Assembly (NCBI GenBank): GCA_030141605.1
Contig: JAQGDQ010000068.1
Location: forward strand, 372,001 to 436,000
Direction: 5' to 3'
DNA: 64,000 nt
Source of the DNA: Tubiluchus corallicola
Taxonomy: Eukaryota; Animalia; Priapulida
Under the pieces are notes generated by a model that was not told where the DNA came from, made no database searches, and saw nothing but the letters and a program-made list of their open reading frames with translations. Numbering within the stretch: position 1 is the stretch's first letter; each line of letters starts with the position of its first letter. Positions 36,200-49,502 of this stretch are shown piece after piece. A program made the translations under genes and the position numbers.

Positions 36200-37090
36200 T
36201 CATGCTGGCGAGGATATTTTGCTCAAAACGTTTTGAAACATTTTTGGTATCTATGACACTTCATCTACTTTATCATGCAGCACAAAGTATTATCTTTTCT
36301 ACATACTTTTAGACTAGAACGCCTGCCCATTTTCAGCGCAGAATGTTTTGCATCATGAAGTCGTCAAACTATGGCAACCTACACATTTGTTTTTCAAAGC
36401 GTTTTTCTTGTTCAATGGGAAACGAAGTTTTACGAACACCAAAGATGTAAATACATGCTGCAGAACTTTGTTTTGAACATTTCAGCTACCCTCACAGCCA
36501 CCTTCGACCAATTAGACCTACAACAATAAAATATAATGGCTCTAATTAGACAACAAAGTTGTAAACAGTAGCAATGTGGCCTCTTTATGACTTTCTTTGA
36601 TGTTTCTGGTTAATGTTTTACACATGGCACTCAAGAGTCACTTTACATTTTCTGTATTTTTAACTAAAAAAGCAAAATGCTTGGAAGTTAGTACAGATGA
36701 AGTAAAACCTTTCTTTTAGACAATTCTTTTAGTCAAATTAGATAAAAATCTGAAAAGAACTATTGCACTAGAAAAGAACTTGGCAAGTCCAAATAGCAAG
36801 TAAGGCGTCTTGTATTGAGAAAATCTCTCACAACTCATGAGTGAGGAAAGGCTCCATCTTGTAGAGAAACTACATTGTTAACAGTGTGGTCCACATAATG
36901 CTCTGAATTCCCCCTGGACTTCGGCTGGTCGCCATATCAATGTGTTCTCAATCAAAAAATAAAAAACAAGAATTACTGAAGGCCCTTCTTGATTCACGTG
37001 AGAGCTTACTGAAATTGGTAAGCTGGTTTCTGGTTTCTCCATATGTGTGAGTGCATCATCTTTCCTTATTTATTGTCAAGTGAGTTTAAA
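36200..37090 (+). pseudogene. Possible second, older Academ-like transposase relic
   Basis: Broken motifs TVWST*CSEFPLDFGW (~36885-36928) and SLLKLVSW (~37003) resemble the Academ C-terminal W...P.D.GW...LL.L.SC pattern. Heavily decayed. Confidence 0.3.
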
Positions 37091-37889
37091 TTTTTATTTC
37101 TCGTCAGATGGTTCATAACCTTCTCTTTCTAATTAGATCCAGTCTGCTTTATTGTTGTAATCCCAATTGGCTGAACATTTCTGTTAAGACCGCACAATGT
37201 TCCTATAAACTAAACAATAAACAGTTACAAATCTCAAAAATTTTAATATCTGCGTTTACTTTCATTGTTAATCCAATGAAACTGTGATTAAAGACTGAGT
37301 ATAATATCAACTATAATATTTATTACTAACCTTCGCAGCTTTTACAAATCTCATTTCACAAGATTTTGTGTTGTTTTTCTAAGCTGAGCACTTAAACTTT
37401 TGAGAAAAATATTCTTATTACACGTTGCAATATTTACATTTGTCCCGAGCATTTTACTAACGTTCAAGGCTTTTACAAACTCATTTGAGACAGCATGTCT
37501 GACCTATTTGTTATGCGGAATAAATTAACATTTTAGCTTTTATGTTAAGAAACAAAAATCATAAATAGCGTATGTCCATATTAATATTACACGCGCTGGC
37601 TTCAGTGCAAACGGTCACACCTGTAACAGGTGAGGCTTTTAATGAGCACTAACGTGATCGCATTATGTTTAAAGTGATACACTTATAAATACATTACACA
37701 GTATGTTTAAAACGGCTCGTTAGATAATGACGTCATGTGAACTACCGCAACTACTAATGCTACAGTCACAATGTTGTAGGTTCTGTTTACGAATGAATGA
37801 CAATGTCACTCGTCACTGTCACTCAAATTTGGGATAGGATGATGTGTTTGGTTCATGTGCACATTGTCTGCAAACCGCTCAAAAAGTAA

Positions 37890-38030
37890 ATGAATGAATG
37901 AACGAATGGATGAAAGAGTGAATGACTGAGAGGATAAAAGAATGAATGAATGAATGAATGAATGAATGAATGAATGAATGAATGAATGAATGAATGAATG
38001 AATGAATGAATGAATGAATGAATGAACGAA
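37890..38030. repeat. (GAAT)n microsatellite
   Basis: Direct inspection. Confidence 0.95.
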
Positions 38031-38804
38031 TTAATAAGTGCCACTAGTCATATTTTCGTATTTTCCCGTGATCGTCAGGCATAATGTTTCATTTTTGTAT
38101 TGCGTTACAGTAATATATCGTATGTCACATTAAACAATCTATGACAAACTATGTAACCTTTTAGTAAGAAAAATCGTTAGCGCACTTAGTCGTCATAGCA
38201 CCACATAGCGGCGTGAATTATTATTGAAAACTACGCTGAAGCATTTGGCTTTTCTGAATTGTTATCTCAATAAAGAAAGGCGTGAATAGAACAACTGAAA
38301 TGAGATGAATAATGAAATAATTAAATTTAAATAGATCGTACAGTCAATAAAAATGTAGTGTCAATAGTGTTTCGTCCTCAGGGCTCACAAACAGCAGTGA
38401 AATGCTAAAATATGCATAAAAATGCTAAAAAGCTAATGCTAAAATGCCAAAAACTCTAAAATGTACATAAAATATGAGAGAGCTCTCCTGAGTCATACTG
38501 TTTTAACATTTTATCTGTAAATTTTAGCTGATCACGGGCGAAAGCTCGTGAAATAAATAAATAATTTGTCATGAGACTATAAAGTGCATTCAACGTTTTA
38601 TCCATGTTAGCACTTGTGTTTGTCCTCACTAAATTTTTCATTTGAAATCAATTTGTTCTTTCCACACAATTTGAAATCTACATTGCACAGCGTACATAAG
38701 TTTAATTACCTCTTTCGTTATAGACTACAGAGCAATCAAGTTATTGTAGAGACAACGCTAAGATGAAGCCATTAATATGTAAAAGTTTTATATATAATAT
38801 AAGA

Positions 38805-38887
38805 GCTGCCATTGGGAGCTTCGAACTCATGACCTACGGTTACGTGCTCGTACGCTCATTACTGCAAATCGACCAAGTTAACCAGCC
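38805..38887 (-). mobile_element. tRNA-derived SINE head
   Basis: Minus strand reads GGCTGGTTAACTTGGTCG...GAGCGTACGAGC...GGTCATGAGTTCGAAGCTC; A-box and B-box remnants. Confidence 0.5.
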
Positions 38888-41297
38888 TAGGACAAACCGG
38901 GATATGCTATGCAATTAACATTACTAAGATACGTTATCCTTTACTTCGATTTTTCATGTAACTTAATTGTCTGATATTTGTTGCCACTTTATAATAGATA
39001 TAAAGTTTTGTTACTTTGCATTTACTACCTGGCAACCAAAAGTAGAAAACCCGATAATAAAAAGGAGAAAAACACTACATTTCAGTCGACCACTGCAAGA
39101 GTAAATTATCTTCCAAAAAATAATAAAATTAGAATTCTCAAAACATCTCTGAAAACCATTTTGTATGTTATAATGATAAACAAAACCGAATAAACGAAAC
39201 CAAACACAACGCGGCGAAAAAAAACACACAAAGGTGTCAGGCGGTTGTAGTACATTAAATGAAACGGCTCGATGAGACAAATTAATTGGTATGAGACACG
39301 CCGACATTGGTTATGAGGTTATTGAGATCAGAGGTTAATATCGATTCCCGATTTTAGTATCTTGTAGTACATGAAATGAAAGATCTTCTTGAGACAAATT
39401 GAACGGTGTACATTGACTCGTGCACGAATGGTCTGATTGCCCTTGAGTCACGGGTCATGGGTCAAAAGTTCGATTCCATTTCATTGAAACTATTAATGTA
39501 AAGCACAACAGTACTGATACACGGATTGTTAATTATTTTGAAAAACAGATATTTTTATTTGTAAATACTAAACAAAGGCCGTCACTTGAAGCATCTCCCG
39601 TCGCAGAAGCAGAATCTTGCTACAGTAACTGTTCTCGACAGAGCCAAAAACTTTCACGTGTTAGGATATGGCAATTGAAACCACAGTAAGAAAATACAAT
39701 AAGAAGTACCTTTCTTGTTATAGCTCAAGCATCTAACTAAGTTATTTTATGTAGCTATTTGATTAACACCAATAACTTTTAAGTGATTAATTAATGTTCA
39801 ACGTGGTCACAGCACCACTGCTGAAACCCGCCTATTTAATTATCTACATTTTACACTTCTTCGATTGCAGGTGAATTCTTCATTAATTAATTATGTAAGG
39901 CATGAAGATGAAATGCGCCGAGCGGAAAATTACTTCCGCAAGCATTGATATTGAGGGCAAAGTGGCGCAATATGTTCTTATGGGACATTGACAAAAATGC
40001 TGCCAAGTGTATGGCATCGACGGGTTTACTTACTGTATTGATGGCTGTGGCAGGGCAGGAATTTAGCCTATCGTCAAGAATAATGTCCTTATACACGATG
40101 TTGAGTTGGCAGAGGTGTATTTGCAACGTTTGAATTAGTGCTGCTGCTGCTGGACGGTGGTGGCAGTGGTAGCGGTGGTGGTGGTGGTGGTGGCGGTGGT
40201 TTTAGGTGTTTGTGGGGGGTTGTTTTGGTGATGGTCTAGGCTACCGATATCTACAATTAGCTACAACCTGTCTATACGTCTCATTATTCATGTCATTTCT
40301 CCAGTTTTTCGTTGCAATTACTATTGTTGAATGTTTTGTCTAAACTGATTTTGTTATAAATTCTGTTAACACTAGTACAATGCTGATTTGATCATAAATG
40401 ATTTGTTCATAGTTTACAGCTAATACATATGTAGACATAATATATATATATATTATACATATTTATACATATGTCGACAATTTAACGTGTCATGTGATAG
40501 TAACTGACTGGCATTACCCGTAGTGATAGAATGAATAATATTTTCTGCTTAGGATTCAAAATGACCACGAATTATTTGACGTGGCCTGAACCGATTCAGC
40601 CTTATGCATTACTAAAGCGGAAACTGACTGACCTCTGTTAATTACTAGGAGTATTATTCTTCCTTTCTGGAACGTGCTTTGGACGGCAACCTCTTCTCTC
40701 CACTTTGTCTATGCAAAGGAGTATTTGGTGGACATTATGGCAAAGCACCGGCTGCAACAACTTTGCTAAATGAATAGGACGTTTATCTATTCGTGTACTA
40801 ATATCATACTGGCAAGCAAGATTATATTTTGGAAGTTAATAATAAACCCGAACTAAACCCGCTTATTAAAGGAGAATTGTTATCAAACCAATTCTTTAAA
40901 ATTAAATAGAACTTTCAGATACTCCAATATCGCAGAGACGATTCACGCTCGCTCATTGTTTTTGCCCGTCGGTGTCTGGTGCTGCCTTTTTGTGATAAAA
41001 AACTAGTAATTTAACTTTAATTAAAACGAGCCACTGCATTACCGTCGCAGAGGGAAGAGTTAAGGGGCGTGAATGAGCAGTAGGTGTCCCACGTTGCTAG
41101 TGCCCGATTAATGCACGGGTTTTGTGGGCTGCAGCCCAGGGGCCTCTGCCAGCTGAGGGGCCTCCCGAGATTAAGTGAAATTAATTTACTGCAAAAAGTT
41201 ACTTCAGAATGAGAGTAAAAGTGTGCTGAATATCTCTTTTAAAAGGGTTCAATTGATTAATATACTGCACAATATTACACTGGAATTGTTATCTTGT

Positions 41298-41556
41298 TCA
41301 CTCACTCACTTACTCACTCATACTCTCACTCACTCACTCATACACTCACTCATACACTTACTCACTCATACACTCACTGCCTCACTCACTCACTCGCTCA
41401 CTCAGTCATTCATTCACTCACTCATACACCAGTCACTCACTCACTTATACACTCACTCACTCACTCACTCACTCACTCACTCATACACCAGTCACTCACT
41501 CACTTATTCACTCACTCACTCACTCACTCACTCACTCACTCACTCACTCACTCACT
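41298..41556. repeat. (CTCA)n microsatellite
   Basis: Direct inspection. Confidence 0.95.
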
Positions 41557-43189
41557 GGTTTATTGCTTTCTTGCAAATGTAACGGATAGGCAATTGTCTG
41601 GTTGGCCACCGCCTCCATCTGTCACTTAGCTAGCCTAAATATGGCAACAAAGTAGATTTATTAAGCATGTTATGGGCTTTAGCCGTGCTGATTGCTCTAT
41701 ATTTATTGCACTCTTGCGATGTTGTCTTTCTTTGGCGTTAATAAAATAATCTTCTTGTTAATGAAAGCTGACGGGACGTAGATAGTAAACAAACCTACAA
41801 ATGTTGAAAACCCAGTGGGTGCTGTATAAGCACGTAGTTCATCCCAGAGTTAATGTAATAAATTGTCGAGACAGATCAATGTCCATCTCAATAACAGTGT
41901 ACATAGACAGAGCTGCTAGTAATGTAAACATAGCTTATAAATCTCCATATTGCTGTAATTTCCCTCAAAGATTACTAAATATAATAATACAATGTCGTTT
42001 ATCGCTCTGCTAGGATGGTAAAAAGTCGACAATTACCAAATAGTCATACACTAGTAGAACAGGCGTTTATTAGTATAATTGCTGCTTAAAAGGCCAATTT
42101 TTCCCTCGAATTTCTTATCCGTAGAATTCTGTACCAGGAAATTGTTTCCCTGAAATACTACAACCTCACCCGATTCAAGAAGACATCAACAGATTCCACT
42201 ACAAGCAATTTATGTTATGGGTTCTAATTCTGAGAACAGGTAATATACATAACATTTATATAATTACTGTCTATTGTAGCCCCTTCAATGATGATATATG
42301 TAAAAGGTGCTACTTGTTCCAAGGAGACATTACACTGTTGTGACCAACGTTCTTATTTTAGACTTGTCTAGTTATATAGAGATTTAAAATAAACTCTTTA
42401 TATTTTGATTTAAAGATTGGTATGCATACACTCTGTTCAGTTCTAACAACCAAGTTAATTATTTTTGAATAATAATTATGCGCCTAATAGAAACGCTCGG
42501 AAGGAGTATATTTTGAAATTGAATAGCACAATGATCAGATAGCATCACATTTTTGTCACAATCAAATGAATCATTTTGGTCATCAAGTCACGCACGTTCA
42601 TAGTCATGTGGTTATACACTAGCGAATCGAGTTATTCACCTTCCACGTCTCTTCACTCAAAAATATCTAAATCTACTCAGATTATGAGGAATTGTAACTT
42701 AATAAGCTTTTCGCCAATAACCTACCATAACTCTTTGCGTTTCTGAGGAAGTTCGTGGCACTAAATGCAGAAATACAAAGATAATTTTGCCGACCTTCAG
42801 TTAAGCAAATAAACTGCCGAAAGTAATTTCGACTTCGGTTCAATTATTTTCGCCGATCTCTAAAAATATGTAAGTTTTACGATCGGAAATTAGATTTACT
42901 GTCACATCGCGGAGACTATTGAAACAACAAAATAAATTAGAAAAAAAACAAATGAAACTTGTTGCCGAACAAATTTTGCTTATTACGAAGTGGATTCATG
43001 TCCCGTTTATGTTTAAAATTTTCCATTAGCAAACCCAAGCCAGCCAACTTGTTTGCTGTTTAAAAACCGGCAACGTGATAAAGACATTTTATATGTTCCT
43101 CAGTCTGTAACCTTCTGCCGTTCCTTGAGTGCTGTAAAATACCTTAGTGGGCTTCAAAGGTTCGTTTAAATCGTGCTGCTTCCAGGGAA

Positions 43190-43410
43190 TTAGTCAATCA
43201 GTGAGTCAGTCAGTGAGTCATTTAGTGGGTCATTCAGTGGGTCAGTCAGCCAGTCAGTCAATCAGTCAATTAGTGAGTGAGTCAGTCGGTCAGTTAGTCA
43301 GTCAGTCAGTCAGCCTGCCGCCAACCAGCCAATCAGTCAGTCAGTCTGTCTGCCTGTTTATTTGTCAGCCAATCATTCAATTAATCAGTTAGTCAATCAG
43401 CCAATCAGTT
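43190..43410. repeat. Degenerate (TCAG)n microsatellite
   Basis: Direct inspection. Confidence 0.85.
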
Positions 43411-43699
43411 AATATGCCAATTAGGCGATCGATCTCTCGTTTTGGTCATCAGCCCAGTATTCACAAAATCAGCCTTTTCTCGCTCCACGAAAACCCTGAT
43501 TAAGAATTTTGGTTGCTAAGGTGATTTCTGTTTCCGGTTTCTTATTTACCAAAAGCCGAATTCGTTTTTGTAAGCACTAACCTCTTTGTAAGGAAACCAC
43601 TTCATTAATGATACAAATACATTCACTACGAATTCTGTGATAAGACGCAATAGTAGATTAGAACATCGTCCGCGAAGATGTCAAATATTTTTTATAGTA

Positions 43700-45320
43700 C
43701 AGTAATAGTAAACATATGTAATAGTGTGATAAATTACTTATATATACTTTATGAATTACATCTCTTCACAATACATATTCATCTGTCGTGCCTTGAAAAT
43801 CTCGTGCAACCAGAAATTATGTGCTATGTCATAGTGTATAAAACAAACAGAATATACATGAAAAATGATCTGGCCAAGGACACTAGTCTTGCTGTCTCTG
43901 TTTTCACCTTCATCTTAAATGAGTGTGTAAACGCACTTAACAATCAACTTCAACTGATGATTGGGCTAGCAATCATAAGTAATGACCTTTGTAATATTAA
44001 CTGTAGTAAATGACCTGGTACCAATAACGCTTTCATTAGCTCACATGGATGGAAATCAAATAAAAGCGATCTCCTAAAAGAAATCGAGCTAGACTCATAC
44101 TCACTAATCAATCTCTGATCTACAAGATTGAAGGCTAGATACATTATGATACATTATATACTTCACGCCGATTATACAGTCTATGAGAAACGGATCTTTG
44201 AAAACATATGCTGACTTTCAGTTTCTTTAGCAAAGTTCGTTATGGAAAGGTTTAAAGAGGAAGATCAGGCACACATTGTTAGCAATGGATATCACAAATT
44301 CTGTCAAGTCTGAGGGAAAGACTCAGAAGAGCAAATTTTATAGCAGCAGTTACTGAAATAGAATTAAAGACAAGAAAGCCAAGTTGCCATTAAATGTAAA
44401 GAAATATTTATGTAGCAACACAAACAAATCAAATTTTCTATTTCTGCAGCCTGTCAGGTCTTCAAATTTCCTAAAAGAACTAAATGGTATTCAAACACTT
44501 ATCATGTCCTTCCATGATGGCTAGGCACTTAAACTGGAGAACAAACTGAGTAAAAGGATTTCTCTTCTTGCATCAGAATTTGATGAGACTGACAGCTGAA
44601 TGTTTGTACATTCCAAATGCTTTGCGGACAACAAACAATATATAAAAGGCTTAAACAGGAAAAATGGCAAACGAATTGTCATTCAATCTCCAGATAAAAA
44701 TGTAGCCGTATGGCGTCTGTATCGCTACAGCTCATTAAACCTTGAAAAGGTTTGGTGCCGTACGGGTCGGGCAAAAATAAAAGATTTATTGCAATACAGA
44801 AAAGTCTTGTGGCTTAAGCACACATGTCTGTCAACTTCACAGACAAGCTGTGACACCACCAGCTGTATCTATGGCATGGAAAAGAAAGTGACTTTGCGAG
44901 ATATAGATAGCTTGAATGGTTTGCGGTACTTAGGGAATGAGCCTAGCACGATCAGCCATAACACTTGCTGCAGAATGTTTACTTGACTCCTGTATTACAA
45001 AAATACATCAGACCTGAGTGACTATGACACAAATTGTTTACCAAAAAAAAAGATTTAGCGAGCTGAAATTTCTCAGCTACCGATACCGCTGCATAAGACA
45101 GTGCAGGAAGACAGTTAAGCGAGGAATTTTCAATGTTACGTGTGGAAATCTGCCCATGAACAATTCTTGCTTTATCATCACCAGTAGAAAATATAGAAAA
45201 TGGTTAGCTAACAGTTCAGTCCAGGGTGCTTAGCTACTGAGAGTGTAATAGAATTAGTGATTTTCAACTGCAAAAAAGCCTGCAAAGTGAATACATTTGC
45301 GAACTTTGGGGTGACATGTA
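43700..45320 (+). pseudogene. Decayed Academ (AcademX-type) transposon ORF: XPG/PIN-like nuclease region plus C-terminal Cys cluster
   Basis: Colinear motifs across frames: KSNKSDLLKEI (~44053), IIQSM..SLKTYADF (~44171), LASEFDETDS*MFVH (~44567; HEEADTR-like), VIQSPDKNVAV (~44678; SxDTDV-like), SCDTTSCIYGMEKK (~44846; GCDTTSxFxGxGK-like), FQCYVWKSA (~45128), ELVIFNCKKACK (~45252). Confidence 0.65.
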
Positions 45321-47099
45321 GGGGTGACAAAGAAATTTGTTTTCCCAAACTAATTTAAAAATCTAACTTTATTAACAGTGCTGCTGCTAGCGCAAACAGT
45401 TATGTCTTTTACCTTATTAGCTTATTAGCCACATATGGTAACCTAACCTTGACGGCATTAGACATTCATAAAAAGGCCATATATGACACGAGTAACTTAT
45501 ATGGGATGTTAACTTTAGCTAAAATAAATACCCGGATTGTGCATGAATGCCCTGTTTAGCGCTTGAACTCATATAGAGATGACAAACATTGTTCATTGCA
45601 TTAAAAAGTTTCAAGCTAATAAAATTTAAAAAAAGATACATTAAAAGTCAGATGTTACCATATTTTTCGTTATGATTGATTGTGTCGGAGTGCACTCTAT
45701 AAAAATAATTGAGTGTACTATTTTAATCAATAACTGATTTGCACTATTGCAAATTGCGTAATTTTAGAGTGTAATGAAATTAAAAAACGTTATAGCTAAA
45801 CACAAGTACGTTTAATCAAGCATGCCTTTTTTGGGTGTGGTTTCACAAAATGGCCCGTGCCCCACATTGAGTAACCAATAGGAATTTCATACAGCAGTGT
45901 CGAGATCAGTACACTGCATAGATAGAAACTTACGATGGGAAAAGAAAGTAGCCTAGGAAAAATAAACTGGCTCTTGACAAACACGCTTTGGGCTATTCTG
46001 ACATGGGACTGTGTTTAGAGTAGTGCGCCATGATTCAAATTTTTTCTACTACCATGCTGTGGATCACGAAGGTCCATAGCATAATATCAGGCAAAGTAAA
46101 TGTTCAACGCCTGCACAGATGCAACTTTGAGTAGTCTTTTGCTTGACCTGTACAAATTTGCACTAACGTGGCTTTTTATGGATCCGTGTTGCTCACAAAG
46201 CCGACCTAAAAATTAATGCCGTAAGGCAGTAAAACTAAGATCCTTTGATATTGTTAAAAATTGATGACCAGACTGAGGAACGAAATAAATTTTTTGAGCC
46301 TGAACTTCCAGAATAAATGACACTATTTTAAAATATTAACTATTATTTGCAGCAGAACAAAAATTAATGGTTTTAAAATGATTGACCATTATCAGTGTAA
46401 ATGCATGTCACTGTAATTCTGTGGAGAGATGAAGTGCAATACATTTTGCAACAAAATGCAAAGCCCACCTTTTTACCTGGTGGGACAATCGTGCAATTCG
46501 CTTAGGGTCGTGGAAAAATTTATTGAAATTCCGAAAATGACTAAAATGATGAGAAAATGTATACTGTACAGATGAATACTGTATTTTTATAGGGAATTAC
46601 GAAGCTGGTTTTACTTGCCATATGATACATTTAACCTTTTCTTCAGATAAAACAAAACGGACAGCCAGACCAAATATTTACTCGTCAATGTGTCACAATA
46701 TAAACTTCAATTTCCCTAACTTTAACAATTCTTCTACAGTAATCTGCCTATCTAACTAATTGATCTTTGCTGCTACAATATGAAAACCTTACAAATGGTT
46801 ACTAATGGTTAATGTTACCTTTTATGTTCTACGCTTAAAACTTTGCCCAACATTTGCTGCGCAATTTACTCTACAATTTAAATAAGAACAGTTTTCGTAA
46901 GTCATTGCTCTATATGTTCAGAATGACCATTTTTGTTACTTTCTCTTGAAATCGTTTTCCTGGGTAAGCTGGAAATTATGTCACAAGTTACCAGGTACGA
47001 TTTGCTTCTCATTATCTACGGCTTCAACACTGGACTGCCAAGGATTTGTCAGGGTCTTACTGACTCAAAACACAAGCTAACGCATATGCATCGCATATT

Positions 47100-47525
47100 T
47101 TTCTGGAAAAACTATACTTCTGCTTCGCGATCTAGAAACATGGAGCTTCAGGTCTGCCCGCATTCCAATGCCTGATGTCTGGCTGTCCGCAGATGCACCC
47201 CAAGACAGCGCGAATTGGTTTATTTTGTTTTGGTCAGTCTCAGCCGCTCGACTTTCCAGCACACCGGCTTGGTTTCAAATCTGGCTAAATATTTACCAAA
47301 GCTCAAGCAAAAATCTCGGATTCATTGCACACGCCCGTGCTACTTTTCAACACTGCAGTCCTGTTATCGATTTAGCTAAGAAAAAGGCTGTGCTGACAAA
47401 CAATGGCAGGCACACTTTTTCTGATATGAAACAACAAGATGTTGTTTCTAGATAAACGTCTTTTTCTACGACACCTTTAAGTCGTAGGGACTAAACATCA
47501 AAGGGAAAGCAAGTAACAATTCCAG
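47100..47525 (+). other. Candidate 5'-UTR exon of the GPCR gene (left boundary unknown)
   Basis: Consensus donor CAG|GTAAGT at 47525/47526. Strong acceptor ttttttcttttttgtttAG at 49377-49378 (alternative 49399-49400), 124 nt before the GPCR ATG. Locally higher GC/CpG content. Confidence 0.35.
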
Positions 47526-49502
47526 GTAAGTAAAGTGTGCCCAAAGATTTTACAAATTATTTATGAAGATCCTATATCGTCTTCCCACAGTAAAGACTGC
47601 ACATCACACTTTTGTCACTTTCGCCACAATTAGTTTCATGTCTTTATTATAATCATCTGGCGTTGAAACAAAAAAAGAATTCAACGTGCAGCATGTAAAC
47701 GCCTATTTACACATTAAGCTAATAAAATTCTTATGATAACCATTAATAAGTGAAGTGTAGTTGTACAATTAAAATGAAAGCTATATATATTATATATGTG
47801 TGTATAAAGTAATTTTTGAATGTGTTGTGCATATTTTGAAAACAAGCAAAGTTTGATAAATAATTAAAATCATAAATTTGTAATCTAAAGCTTGCCCTGA
47901 AAATAGCAATATATTCTGCTAGTCAATTGAAATAACATCAAATTCAAATTATTTTATAATTTATTTACACCCTTATGTGTCTTTACTAATCAAACAACTT
48001 GATGCTTAACCTAAAGGCGCCATTCGACATAGGCGTATAAAGTTTGTAAATAAACGTAGCATGTTTACTACTACAACATTGCGATCGCTCGGCCAATTAC
48101 TGTGCGGGTATGTGGTTGAAATGTTTTGTAGTTTCTACCCCAATATATATATATATATATTAAGTAATCTATACGGGTTCAGGATTTAAAAAGAAAAAAG
48201 AAAATTGATGGTGAAAAGCATAGAGTTCCTTTTACTTGAAGGCAAGCGTTTATTATAAATTTATGAAAAGCGACTTGCTGGTGGTGTCAATAAGTTGTGA
48301 ATTAAACTGTCAACTAAAATGAAGAGATCGATAAAGGCAATGTACGTTTGGAAAAGCATTTTAGTACCTTCAAACTCGTTTAGCAACAGAACAAAATTAC
48401 TCAGAGCACATTTAGACTTCTAATCAATTTTTGCTTAAATAAGGTGCAATTATTTATGTGAATACATAAGACGTCTTAGTTTGAAAAAACAAGCTATTTT
48501 ACATAGTAATAGCTCGAAGATATAAAACGTTTTTTCATAATTTACATTTTTACAATGTTTAACAGTCTGTTTAACAGCTTTATGCATGCGCGAGCCTAGA
48601 ACTGCAATTATACCAACCTATTTTCGTGGTAAAACCTTCAAGTAACAGCTAAACGTGTAGAAGAAAAAGCTGATTTTAAAAGTTTAATCGAAACAATACT
48701 ATCTTTATTAAATCCAAAGTCCTTATCATGCTGCTTCTGTTGTATGTCTGGAGTTTCCTTTGCCTAATTTTCGTGGCTTCACGCGTACAATGTACAATGA
48801 TACTTACAACCTCCAGTATGCATTCGAGCAGTTACTATAAGCATATATTGCGTGCATAATCACTGTCCTACCATTATCATATGAAAATAAAGATTATGAA
48901 AGTAATCTGTGAAACGAGACTGATGATACTGTTCATCTCAGAAAATATTATAAATTCATCAGTTATGACCTTTCACACGTTCGCGTAGATCCGGCGGCAG
49001 TAGTGCGATAGTGCACAAGCTGTTTTATTGATTTTTGCTTATCAATAGTGCGCATACACCTGATAAGAGATATGCGGCAACAATTCAAGTGTGTAAGATG
49101 CACATTCTTGTGGGGTAATTTTTAAACTAAATTAAGCAAAGTTTACTTATAAATTCCTTTTATTTCCTAAATCAGTTTATTCAATTGCCCCATTCCGTAC
49201 ACTAAGCATCCTTTCAAAGTGAATGTACACATCATTATCAAGGAATTCCTCGATTTGCATAGCTTTCAAAGAACATGTAAGTAACTAGAAACATACATAT
49301 TCTGAGCACCTTGTGTTTTCCTTGTAGAAATATAATTCACGGTCTTTTTAATAAAGTTATTTTTTCTTTTTTGTTTAGAACACGTAAACATTTTGTTTAG
49401 AAGACATTCTCTGTAAGATTCATATGTCTAGCAGTGACTGGAAGAACAAAAGGCAGCTAATAAACGTGGGTGAATCTTGTGGGTAACTGCAAGTGAACGC
49501 AA

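Noticed and set aside
35543-38887. Functional tRNA genes at 35543-35614 and 38805-38887 (also near 57985-58055)
   Set aside because: Stems are broken and A boxes are degenerate; treated as SINE heads or pseudogenes.
41095-41170. GC-rich hAT-like terminus (also near 27975-28030)
   Set aside because: No matching opposite end or TSD found, so no element can be delimited.
41175-41629. His/Ser/Leu/Thr repeat ORFs
   Set aside because: Translation of (CTCA)n. The same applies to the (GA)n, (GAAT)n, (CATC)n, (TCAG)n, (AAT)n and (GAT)n ORFs elsewhere in the window.
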